Shown here: one piece after another, positions 1 through 8,057 of the stretch
Layout: each line of letters starts with the position of its first letter
How positions within the stretch are numbered: the stretch's first letter is position 1
Assembly: GCA_031428535.1 (NCBI GenBank)
Contig: JANPPN010000029.1
Span: forward strand, 21,754 to 85,753
From: Bdellovibrio sp.
GTDB taxonomy: Bacteria > Bdellovibrionota > Bdellovibrionia > Bdellovibrionales > Bdellovibrionaceae
Direction of reading: 5' to 3'
Length of the DNA: 64,000 nucleotides
Program-made: the position numbers and the translations under genes
Notes under the pieces: generated by a model
What the model saw: the letters and a program-made list of their open reading frames with translations, nothing else
What the model was told of the DNA's origin: nothing
The model's database searches: none

Positions 1-453
1 ATAAACAGCAAAATCCAACTGGTGCGGCACTTCGGATTTACCGTAAGAATTCGAAATTACATTTACTCCGCCGATCATAGCACAGGTGTGATCGATCAAC
101 AGCACCTTGTGATGCAACCGTCGACCCCACTGGCCAACCCATCTGAACTGCACCTCATTAAATTTGCAGAAATGTACGCCAGCTGTGACTAGTTTTTTTC
201 TGGCTGTGTCCGGAAAACCAATCGAGCCGAGGCTATCGATAAGTAAAAAGACTTTTACGCCGCGTTCAGCGGCATCTTTCAATTCGGCCTGAACTGCGCG
301 ACCGAATGTATCGTCGGCAAAAATGTAAGTCTGAAGATGTATAGTTTTGACGGCGTTTCTTATGAGATTAAGAAAGTGTTCGTAATAAACTTCGCCTTCG
401 AGCACGAATTTGATATGATTATGGCCTGTTCGGTTCAAAAAATCTGCTCTCAT
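1..453 (-). CDS. clsB: Cardiolipin synthase ClsB-like phospholipase D family protein, N-terminal part (runs off window start)
   Basis: Manual translation from ATG at 453: MRADFLNRTGHNHIKFVLEGEVYY...LQTYIFADD...RRLHHKVLLIDHTCAMIGGVN (HKD motif); ATGA overlap with upstream ybhP-like gene, the usual ybhP-clsB pairing. Confidence 0.85.
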   Translation of the reverse strand, partial: MRADFLNRTGHNHIKFVLEGEVYYEHFLNLIRNAVKTIHLQTYIFADDTFGRAVQAELKDAAERGVKVFLLIDSLGSIGFPDTARKKLVTAGVHFCKFNEVQFRWVGQWGRRLHHKVLLIDHTCAMIGGVNVISNSYGKSEVPHQLDFAVY

Positions 454-1208
454 ATAACGGGTTCTTTTAATACCAATTCGCAAAAAATCGGCAAATGATC
501 GGAAAAATTATTCTGATGTTCGGGGCGCTGGATGATGTGAGATTTTATAATGTCTAGATTCCGCATATAAATTCGATCGAGGCAAAGCATTGGAAACCCG
601 GCAGGAAATGTTTTTGCAAATCGTCCGTGAACAGCTTTAAACGCCTCTTGCATGCCGAGTTCTTCTTCGAAGACTTTGCTGGACTTCTGATTCCAGTCGT
701 TGAAGTCTCCGGCAATAACAAGTGGCGGATTATCCGATAAATCCAACGACATAATTTTCTTTTTGATCATCTGATACTGGAGCTTCCGTCCTGCGTGCAG
801 CAGATCAAGATGAACACAGGCGGCATAAATACTTTTATCAATCGGCGGGGGCAAAAGAATCTTGCAGACCAACAGGCCTCTTTTTTCGAGAGCATTTGTT
901 GTAAGATTGACATTTTCCCAGCTTTCGATCGGGTACCGACTAAGAATTAAATTCCCGTGATGGCCGTGATCATACAAGGCATTCTGTGCGTACGAGTAAT
1001 GAGGCCAAACTGTATCCGCTAAATATTCGAATTGCGAATCGATGAGTCCTTTTTTTTTGTAATCATCATTTTTGCCGACAACTTCCTGCAAAAACACGAT
1101 GTCGGCAGCTGATGCATTAATCAGCTCTTTCATATCCTGAAGAAAATACTTCTGCATTTTCCAGTCATAACCTTTATGAATATTGTAAGAAAGAATCTTT
1201 AAATTCAT
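450..1208 (-). CDS. ybhP: Endonuclease/exonuclease/phosphatase family protein (YbhP-like)
   Basis: SYNIHKG, LQEV, HGNLILSR, AGDFNDW, LDRIY, SDHLP motifs; adjacent to clsB-like gene. Confidence 0.85.
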   Translation of the reverse strand: MNLKILSYNIHKGYDWKMQKYFLQDMKELINASAADIVFLQEVVGKNDDYKKKGLIDSQFEYLADTVWPHYSYAQNALYDHGHHGNLILSRYPIESWENVNLTTNALEKRGLLVCKILLPPPIDKSIYAACVHLDLLHAGRKLQYQMIKKKIMSLDLSDNPPLVIAGDFNDWNQKSSKVFEEELGMQEAFKAVHGRFAKTFPAGFPMLCLDRIYMRNLDIIKSHIIQRPEHQNNFSDHLPIFCELVLKEPVI

Positions 1209-1290
1209 ACCTTTCTCATCCTACACAACTTCGCCGCTATTCGAATAGGGAATTATTCCCTAGGCCAGTGCTTAAAATGAATTAATTTTC

Positions 1291-1306
1291 GGGCATTTAA
1301 ATTGCT
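1291..1306 (+). promoter_or_regulatory. sigma54-type promoter upstream of BON gene
   Basis: GGGCATTTAAATTGCT = GG-N10-GC, 27 nt before ATG 1333. Confidence 0.7.
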
Positions 1307-1332
1307 TCGTCTATCATAGGAAGTGGAATTCT

Positions 1333-1743
1333 ATGCAAAAAAAACAACAAAGCGACCTAGACTCTAAACCATTGCAGCGCTCGTTTGCAAAGACGTCTCT
1401 CGATTCACATTTACCCTGGAATTCGGGTCCACATTCCGGAAAAGGTCCAAAAGGCTATCGTCGGTCAGACGATCGGATTGTGGAAGATATCAACGAGGCT
1501 CTTACCCGCCATCCCGAAATCGACGCCAGCGATATTAAGGTCGAAGTTTTTAATGCCGTGGTTACTCTTTCAGGAACAATTGAATCCAGGCTAATGAAAC
1601 GCCAGGCTGAAGATTGTGCGGAAGTAGTTGCCGGCGTTGAAGATGTGAATAATGAACTACGGATTGATGCAACTTTATCATCGCGCTCACGTACGAATGA
1701 GTTCGCCGCGCAGGAGAGTACGAGTCGTAGTGCAAGATCATAA
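1333..1743 (+). CDS. BON domain protein (osmotic/general stress)
   Basis: GKGPKGYRRSDDRIVEDINEALT...VVTLSGTI...GVEDVNNELRI. Confidence 0.85.
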   Translation: MQKKQQSDLDSKPLQRSFAKTSLDSHLPWNSGPHSGKGPKGYRRSDDRIVEDINEALTRHPEIDASDIKVEVFNAVVTLSGTIESRLMKRQAEDCAEVVAGVEDVNNELRIDATLSSRSRTNEFAAQESTSRSARS

Positions 1744-1765
1744 AAAAATTCAAGGAGGAAACCTT

Positions 1766-2005
1766 ATGCTTCAGACGTGTGTAAATTGCGGAAATATTTA
1801 TGACAAAGCTTTTCAGGTAACAATGAATGGCAAACAATTCGTTTTCGACAGCTTCGAGTGCGCCATCAATAAATTGGCACCGCACTGTGCAAAATGCAAT
1901 TCTTTGATAATCGGTCATGGCACCGAGGCCAATAACAAATTTTATTGTGGCGCCCACTGCGCCAAAGAACAGGGTCATTACGCAATCGACCGGGCCGCAC
2001 AATAG
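1766..2005 (+). CDS. Small Cys/His-rich metal-binding protein (metallothionein-like), 79 aa
   Basis: RBS AGGAGG before ATG 1766; CVNC, FDSFECAI, CAKC, IIGHG, YCGAHCA motifs. Confidence 0.75.
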   Translation: MLQTCVNCGNIYDKAFQVTMNGKQFVFDSFECAINKLAPHCAKCNSLIIGHGTEANNKFYCGAHCAKEQGHYAIDRAAQ

Positions 2006-2007
2006 TC

Positions 2008-3594
2008 ATGAATGCAAAACAAAAAATACCGGTGCTTATCGTGGGTGCCGGGCCAGCAGGTCTGGCTCTGGCGCTTTGGCTCAAAAAAAGCGGAGTCGGT
2101 CTCAGGATAATCGATAAGGCCGCAGCGCCTGCAAAAGATTCATGCGCCGTCATGATTCACGCCCGCACCCTCGAGTTTTACCAACAGCTCGGAATTGCTG
2201 ACGAAATCATTGCAGCCAGCAGGCCCATATCGGACATTCGGTTTCATTTTAATAAACGCGGCACTACGCCGGTCAGACTTCAAGGCTATCCTAAATCTAA
2301 CAGTGCATTTCCGGCCATGGTTGTAGTTGCCCAGGATGTACACGAAAAAATTCTGGTAGATAAATTGAAGTCGCTGAACGTAACGATTGAACGAAATCTT
2401 GAACTTAAAAAATTGACTCAGGCAAAGTATCAAGTGGAATCTCTGATAGTCGGAAAAAACAGCGAACAGGTCATTAATTCAACTTACCTTTGCGCCTGTG
2501 ATGGCGCCGAAAGTACAGTTCGGCGAATACTCGGCGTAAAATTTTTTCAGAAAAGTTTTCATCAGGACTTCTTCATTGCCGACGTTGTGGCGCCAAACTC
2601 CGCCACAGAAACCAGCAACAGCATCAATATCCATCTTAGCCGTTTTAACGCTTCGATCAGCATCCCTTTAAAGGAGCCGGATACTTTGAGAGTAATGGGA
2701 ATAGTTCCAAAGGAAAGTAAAAACAAAGACAATCTTTCATTCGTCAATATTTCAGACGAAGTATTCCGTGGCAGTTCGCTCAAATTTGATGATGTGCTTT
2801 GGTTTTCGGTTAATAAAGTTAATCAGCGCGTGGCCAGTCATATTCACCAAAGCCGAACATTCTTAATTGGTGATGCGGCCCATATTCATAGCCCTTCATT
2901 CAGTCAGGGAATGAACGCAGGAATTGGCGATGCCATAAATCTTTCCTGGAAACTATCGGCCGTATTGAAAGGCCAGGCGGCGAGCAAAATTCTACTGACT
3001 TTTGAAACAGAACGAATTGTTTTTGCCGAAAGACTCAATCGCGTTTCTGATCAATTTTTTTATTTCATTTCGGGCCGGAATTTATTTGGCGCACTAGGTA
3101 GGGCGGCGCTGGTGCCGTTGTTTCTGCGCATCTTCAGGAACTTCAGACCAATTTATACTTACCTTTACAAATTTTTATCACAGACCGGGTTGCATTACCG
3201 CGAAAGTCTGTTGAGTGAAGGTGCCACTGGCAGACTGCGCGCCGGAGACCGTTTACCTTGGCTTCGTACCGACACTTTTGACAATTACGATTGCCTGAAC
3301 GCTATGGCGTGGCACATTCAGATTTATGGAGACACTCATTCAAATTTCAACAGTGTGGCCAACTTTCGGGGATTCAGAATTTTTGAATTTTCCTGGAGCA
3401 AAGAGGCCGAAGCGCTGGGCTTCGCCCACGATGCGTTTTATTTGATTCGGCCGGATGGCCACATTGCGCTTTGTGATTTACGGCAAAACACAAGCGTATT
3501 GAAGGCCTATCTCAACGAGTGGGATATCGACCACAGCCGGAACGTGAAGGCCGAAAGATCGCCCGACACATTCCATATTGAAAATCAGATTTAG
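2008..3594 (+). CDS. FAD-dependent monooxygenase (PheA/TfdB-like)
   Basis: VLIVGAGPAGL Rossmann motif, CDGAES, LIGDAAHIHSP...QGMNAGIGDA, LIRPDGH; start moved to ATG 2008. Confidence 0.85.
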   Translation: MNAKQKIPVLIVGAGPAGLALALWLKKSGVGLRIIDKAAAPAKDSCAVMIHARTLEFYQQLGIADEIIAASRPISDIRFHFNKRGTTPVRLQGYPKSNSAFPAMVVVAQDVHEKILVDKLKSLNVTIERNLELKKLTQAKYQVESLIVGKNSEQVINSTYLCACDGAESTVRRILGVKFFQKSFHQDFFIADVVAPNSATETSNSINIHLSRFNASISIPLKEPDTLRVMGIVPKESKNKDNLSFVNISDEVFRGSSLKFDDVLWFSVNKVNQRVASHIHQSRTFLIGDAAHIHSPSFSQGMNAGIGDAINLSWKLSAVLKGQAASKILLTFETERIVFAERLNRVSDQFFYFISGRNLFGALGRAALVPLFLRIFRNFRPIYTYLYKFLSQTGLHYRESLLSEGATGRLRAGDRLPWLRTDTFDNYDCLNAMAWHIQIYGDTHSNFNSVANFRGFRIFEFSWSKEAEALGFAHDAFYLIRPDGHIALCDLRQNTSVLKAYLNEWDIDHSRNVKAERSPDTFHIENQI

Positions 3595-4110
3595 TTAATT
3601 CATAACATGGTAATTATTTTTTTTGATACTTGCGGTATAGACTTCGTTGAATTCCTGAGGCTTTACGAGGCCGGCAACCTTTACAAAAGATGCGCTAGGG
3701 GAATCCCAGTACTCAACTTCCTGCAAATCTATTCTGACTAATGTGATGTCTGGTGTTTCAATGCCGTCCTTAAACCAGACTTCAAGCGCCGGCGTCCAGA
3801 GATCTTTCATTTTTTTCTGATCGTAGGCTTCGTATGCAAGGGCTGTGGCCGAGAGGAATTTGTCTTTGCCGAATGCCGAGAAGGTAACATTTACTATCGG
3901 GATCTTGTTGATTTCTTCCATCAAGTTTGATTTTGAAGAGGTGAAAAACCAGAGACTGCCTTCGAGATCAATTTCCTGCACATACATCGGGCGACTGTGC
4001 AAGCCGCCGAGCTGGTTTATTGTGGTCAGCATACAGACGCCGATATCCTCGATGATTTTTCCGATGATCTGTTGCTCTTCTGCCTCTGTGTATCGATACG
4101 AATTTTTCAT
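3595..4110 (-). CDS. General stress protein 26 / pyridoxamine 5'-phosphate oxidase-like FMN-binding protein
   Basis: CMLTT, LHSRPM, LWFFT, WFKDG, EYWDSP motifs. Confidence 0.85.
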   Translation of the reverse strand: MKNSYRYTEAEEQQIIGKIIEDIGVCMLTTINQLGGLHSRPMYVQEIDLEGSLWFFTSSKSNLMEEINKIPIVNVTFSAFGKDKFLSATALAYEAYDQKKMKDLWTPALEVWFKDGIETPDITLVRIDLQEVEYWDSPSASFVKVAGLVKPQEFNEVYTASIKKNNYHVMN

Positions 4111-4136
4111 ATTTTCTCCATTGCTAATTCTGACTT

Positions 4137-4152
4137 AGCAAACTTTGTTCCC
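4137..4152 (-). promoter_or_regulatory. sigma54-type promoter upstream of GSP26-like gene
   Basis: minus strand GGGAACAAAGTTTGCT, 27 nt before start. Confidence 0.65.
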
Positions 4153-4244
4153 GAAATTCCGCGCAGTTATTAAACAGAAATCGCCGCAATGAGAATTTAT
4201 ACTTGAGGGCATGGGGAATGCTTGGACGACCGTACTTTTTTTTC

Positions 4245-6230
4245 TTACTGGATGTACTGTTTTGTCGTTTGCTGTTTGATGGACTCGACGAGTTCGTTCA
4301 CATCTATAGGTTTGGTTAGGTGTCCGGAAAACCCTGCAGCCTTCGTTTTTAGTTGATCTTCCAGCATGGCATGTGCCGTCAGGGCAATGACAGGCTTATC
4401 GTAATTTTTCTGTCCTAATATTTCGATTGCCTGATAACCATCCATCGTGGGCATCTGAATGTCCATCAGGACGATATCATAAGTATTGGCCAGCGCTTTT
4501 TCGACCGCTTCAGCTCCATCACCGGCCAATTCAACCCAGGCGCCATTTTTAGAAAGCAGCCGGTTGACCAGAAATTGATTGTCGAGTGAGTCGTCGACGA
4601 GCAGCACTTTGATATCTTTGAGCGGCAGTAATTTTGAATTGAATTTGGCGGGTTCCCTAACCGGAACAAGGTCAGGCGCCGATTTTTTTGATACTGTCGC
4701 AACAAACGAGATAACAAAAGTAGAGCCTTTTCCGGGTGCACACTCTTCGATTGAAATTCCGCCGCCAAGCGCTTGCGAGAGCCGCTGGGAGAGTACAAGG
4801 CCAAGCCCTGTTCCGCCGAATTGGCGGGTCATGGTGTTATCGCCCTGTGAAAACGGTTTGAACAACCGACTTTTCTGTTCTTCAGAAAGCCCCGGCCCCG
4901 TATCTTTGACAAAAATATCTATTCTTAATGCACCTTCAACATTTTGTTTCAGTTTAACATGCACATAAACGCCATCGACGGCCGTAAATTTAATGGCATT
5001 GCCGATTATATTAATTAAAATTTGTCTCAGGCGCGTCGGGTCAGTTGAAATAAAATCCGGAACTTCCTGATCGATTTTAAGTCGGAGACTAATGCCCTTA
5101 AGCTTGGCCTTTTCACAGAAGAGATCCAACACTTCGTTCAGCAGATTATTCAGGGAAAAATCAATTTCTTCAACCTCTAAACGTCCGGACTCAACTTTTG
5201 CGAGATCAAGAATGTCATCAATAATGCGGGTAAGCGATTGACCGTTACGATTTATCGTATTGATGTACTGTTCGCGTTCTTTTTCACTGAGATCATTATC
5301 TTTCAGCAGACCGCTGAAGCCAAGAATTGCACCCAGCGGAGTACGGATTTCGTGACTCATATTTGCTAAAAACGCACTTTTCGTTGCATTGGCGCGCTCG
5401 GCAAGTTCCTTTGCAACCTCCAGCTCGGCAAGAACTTTTTTCTGGTCATCAATATCCGTTGCCGTGCCGATCCAGTACTGAATTATTCTGTCTTTGTTTT
5501 TGATCGGCAGGACCCGCCCCAGAAACCAGCGGTAATTTCCTTCTGCATTTTGCATGCGGTATTCCTGCTCGATTTTTTTTCCACTGTTCACGCTGCATTT
5601 CCATGCCGCATACAGATCGTCTGCATCCAGCGGATGAATTTTTGTCATCCAAATCTGGCCGAATTTTTCTATTGATTCGATTCCGGTATATTGCAAACAG
5701 CGCTCGTTGGCGTAACTAAGGCTTCCATCGGGCGTTGTGGTCCACATCAGTTGGGGAATAGTGTCGGTCAGAGAGCGAAACCGCGTTTCGCTTTCTTCAA
5801 GTTTTTTTCGGGCATTTGCTGTATTGTCATAACATTCCGCTAGCATAAATATTACTTTTCCATTTTCATCTTTGACCGGTTTCAATAAGAAATCGACCAG
5901 CACTTTGTCAAATCCGTGGGAGCTGCCGAATACTTCAACGTCATAGCGGACGACTTCCCCTTTTGCCACCCGGTGAATTGCATTTTCCACTCCCTTTCTT
6001 GTGGCATCAGAGACCGACCACCAGATCGTTTCAGGAAAATACTTTCCGATGACATCTGAACGTTTTAGTCCCGTAGCATTCAGTGCTGCCCGGTTAGCTT
6101 CAAGTAGAGTGCCATTGGTACTAAGTAGGCCAACGAAGTGATTCATTTCATCCAGTGCAATGTGTGCCAGTTTGCTTTTATAGAGCGCCCGACCGAATCC
6201 TGATTTTTCTGAACTATCGCCAATAATCAT
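4245..6230 (-). CDS. Cytoplasmic PAS-PAS hybrid sensor histidine kinase with C-terminal receiver domain
   Basis: Two PAS/PAC regions, H-box FLANMSHEIRTPL, N-box NAIKFT, DTGPG, GGTGLGL, receiver LLVDD...MDIQMP...LTKP; RBS GGAGG before ATG 6230 (ORF track starts at 6272). Confidence 0.9.
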   Translation of the reverse strand: MIIGDSSEKSGFGRALYKSKLAHIALDEMNHFVGLLSTNGTLLEANRAALNATGLKRSDVIGKYFPETIWWSVSDATRKGVENAIHRVAKGEVVRYDVEVFGSSHGFDKVLVDFLLKPVKDENGKVIFMLAECYDNTANARKKLEESETRFRSLTDTIPQLMWTTTPDGSLSYANERCLQYTGIESIEKFGQIWMTKIHPLDADDLYAAWKCSVNSGKKIEQEYRMQNAEGNYRWFLGRVLPIKNKDRIIQYWIGTATDIDDQKKVLAELEVAKELAERANATKSAFLANMSHEIRTPLGAILGFSGLLKDNDLSEKEREQYINTINRNGQSLTRIIDDILDLAKVESGRLEVEEIDFSLNNLLNEVLDLFCEKAKLKGISLRLKIDQEVPDFISTDPTRLRQILINIIGNAIKFTAVDGVYVHVKLKQNVEGALRIDIFVKDTGPGLSEEQKSRLFKPFSQGDNTMTRQFGGTGLGLVLSQRLSQALGGGISIEECAPGKGSTFVISFVATVSKKSAPDLVPVREPAKFNSKLLPLKDIKVLLVDDSLDNQFLVNRLLSKNGAWVELAGDGAEAVEKALANTYDIVLMDIQMPTMDGYQAIEILGQKNYDKPVIALTAHAMLEDQLKTKAAGFSGHLTKPIDVNELVESIKQQTTKQYIQ

Positions 6231-6377
6231 GCCTCCGTTTACCACCAAAAAAAATACGGTCAACGTTGCCATGTATTTAAAAAAAGACTGGGGAAATTTG
6301 GGACTGAAAGAGAAGAGCCCAGTCCTCCCGACGCATTAAAAGAAAACCAGGCCCTATTAATTATTTTTTAACTGCAA

Positions 6378-6578
6378 CTACTCACGTTCTGTATAACTCA
6401 TTGCTCGATTAGAACTGGAGCCACGTCCTCCTTCGGACTGGCGAGAATCAGAACTATCGTCATCCCGTCGGGATGTAGAAGTCGGACTACTGCCACGACG
6501 TGAGGGCGAGGAACCTTGGCTTGTGCCTCTTCCTGAAGTTGAACCGTTTCTGGGTTTTTTTGAATTACTTTTTTTCAT
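6378..6578 (-). CDS. Small Ser/Arg/Gly-rich hydrophilic (likely disordered) protein, 66 aa
   Basis: RBS AAGGAG 7 nt before ATG, sigma54-type promoter upstream; almost no hydrophobic residues. Confidence 0.55.
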   Translation of the reverse strand: MKKSNSKKPRNGSTSGRGTSQGSSPSRRGSSPTSTSRRDDDSSDSRQSEGGRGSSSNRAMSYTERE

Positions 6579-6620
6579 TTGGAACTCCTTTTCAAGGGTT
6601 ATGGGTCACACTTTTCTGAA

Positions 6621-6636
6621 AGCAAAGTACAGACCA
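6621..6636 (-). promoter_or_regulatory. sigma54-type promoter upstream of small hydrophilic ORF
   Basis: minus strand TGGTCTGTACTTTGCT; 15/16 identical to the motif at 53251-53266. Confidence 0.65.
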
Positions 6637-6866
6637 GATAGCCGCTGAAAAAGCATACGGCCCTAGGCAAAATGCGGGGTAATTTTGTCGGAAAATATGG
6701 AAGTTTATGGTCACAGAATTTCAGTTACTGCTGTGTTCAGAATTGAGTCATTTTTTCCGCGAGTGGCCATCAATTGAACATCAGCGTCAGATATAAAATA
6801 AAATTATTTAAAACATGTTATTTGCAATTATAATGATTTAGCCTGTCATGCAGTGAGGTAAATTTT

Positions 6867-7337
6867 ATGACGTTGGTTAAATCTATAATGAGTAAAGATC
6901 TGAAAACCATCAAATCCGGAGCCTCGCTGCAGGAAGCTTATGAACTTATGCAGGAATTCCGCATTCGGCATTTGCCGATATTAAATCTGGAAGGCGATAT
7001 ATCCGGTGTATTGACGTACAGAGACGTCGTGCCTGATAAAGCCGTTCTGAAATTGCCGGTTGAATATTTTATGTCGTATCCGGTTGAGCAGGTAGCGGAA
7101 AACGCATCACTTAAACATGCCGCTTTAACAATGCTTGAAAAAAAGCTGACGGCCGTTTTGATCACGAATGAAGAGCAGGAAGTTGTGGGTATTGTAACGA
7201 CCGACGATTTACTTTGGCACCTGGCCAGCCATTTACAGAATGAATCCGATGATGAGGCGTCGCCGTTGTTAAGCCGGATTGGACTGCAAACAACTGTCGG
7301 TGAAATTGCAAACATGCTGTCTCAGGCCGGCATCTAA
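6867..7337 (+). CDS. CBS domain pair protein
   Basis: VKSIMS, IRHLPI, VEYFMS, VVGIVTTDDLL. Confidence 0.9.
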   Translation: MTLVKSIMSKDLKTIKSGASLQEAYELMQEFRIRHLPILNLEGDISGVLTYRDVVPDKAVLKLPVEYFMSYPVEQVAENASLKHAALTMLEKKLTAVLITNEEQEVVGIVTTDDLLWHLASHLQNESDDEASPLLSRIGLQTTVGEIANMLSQAGI

Positions 7338-7381
7338 AAATACACGCGCCAAATCTCCACACAATTGCCTCGGTCGATACT

Positions 7382-7397
7382 TGGCTTCTTTGTTGCA
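7382..7397 (+). promoter_or_regulatory. sigma54-type promoter upstream of peroxiredoxin
   Basis: TGGCTTCTTTGTTGCA, followed by RBS GGAGG and GTG 7421. Confidence 0.7.
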
Positions 7398-7420
7398 ATT
7401 ATTTGGTGCGGAGGTTATCT

Positions 7421-7972
7421 GTGGGAAGCTTCGACAGTACATTTACCGCCGTCAATTTACCACTCCAGATCGGACAGAAAGCTCCCAATTTTTATCTTGC
7501 CTCAACGGCCGCGATTCCCAATCAAAAAATTTCATTGCATGATTTTCGCGGCCTACCTGTTATTCTGGTTTTTTACCCTTCGGATTGGAGCCCCATCTGC
7601 GGAAACCTGCTGGCTCATTACAACAAAATCATGCCGGAGTTCAAACAACATGAAGCCCGGGTGCTGGGAATTTCAGTTGATAACTTCTGGTCGCATCTTG
7701 CATTTTCGAGAAATAATAATATTTGCTTTCCCCTGTTGTCGGATTTTGAACCGAAAGGTTCGGTCGCAAAGTCCTACGGAGTTTTCGATGCGACAACCGG
7801 CATGAGTCTGCCGGCACTCTTCATCATCAATTCGCAAGGCCACGTGCACTGGAGCCACCTTTCAGCACTTGAAGATATTCCCGGCACACATGAATTACTT
7901 GAGGCGCTGGATTTACTGCCGAAACAGCTGGCCTACAGGATTTCTCAGGAAGAGACAATCGTTTCAAAATGA
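7421..7972 (+). CDS. Peroxiredoxin (AhpC/TSA, AhpE-like)
   Basis: GQKAPNF, LVFYPSDWSPICG (peroxidatic Cys), LGISVD, FPLLSDFEPKG; GTG start chosen from RBS and promoter position. Confidence 0.85.
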   Translation: MGSFDSTFTAVNLPLQIGQKAPNFYLASTAAIPNQKISLHDFRGLPVILVFYPSDWSPICGNLLAHYNKIMPEFKQHEARVLGISVDNFWSHLAFSRNNNICFPLLSDFEPKGSVAKSYGVFDATTGMSLPALFIINSQGHVHWSHLSALEDIPGTHELLEALDLLPKQLAYRISQEETIVSK

Positions 7973-8004
7973 TAAGCACCCCGCTAGAAATTGCCCGAAA
8001 AAAC

Positions 8005-8032
8005 TCAATATTCATTCTCAAACTGACGATAA
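8005..8032 (+). promoter_or_regulatory. Possible sigma28 (FliA)-type promoter for kinase operon
   Basis: TCAA-N16-GACGATAA resembling TAAA-N15-GCCGATAA. Confidence 0.35.
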
Positions 8033-8057
8033 GCAGACATAGATCCGCGAGGTATAA

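Noticed and set aside
6811-6826. Possible sigma54 promoter before CBS gene 6867 (AAACATGTTATTTGCA)
   Set aside because: Good -12 box but lacks the invariant GG at -24; not counted
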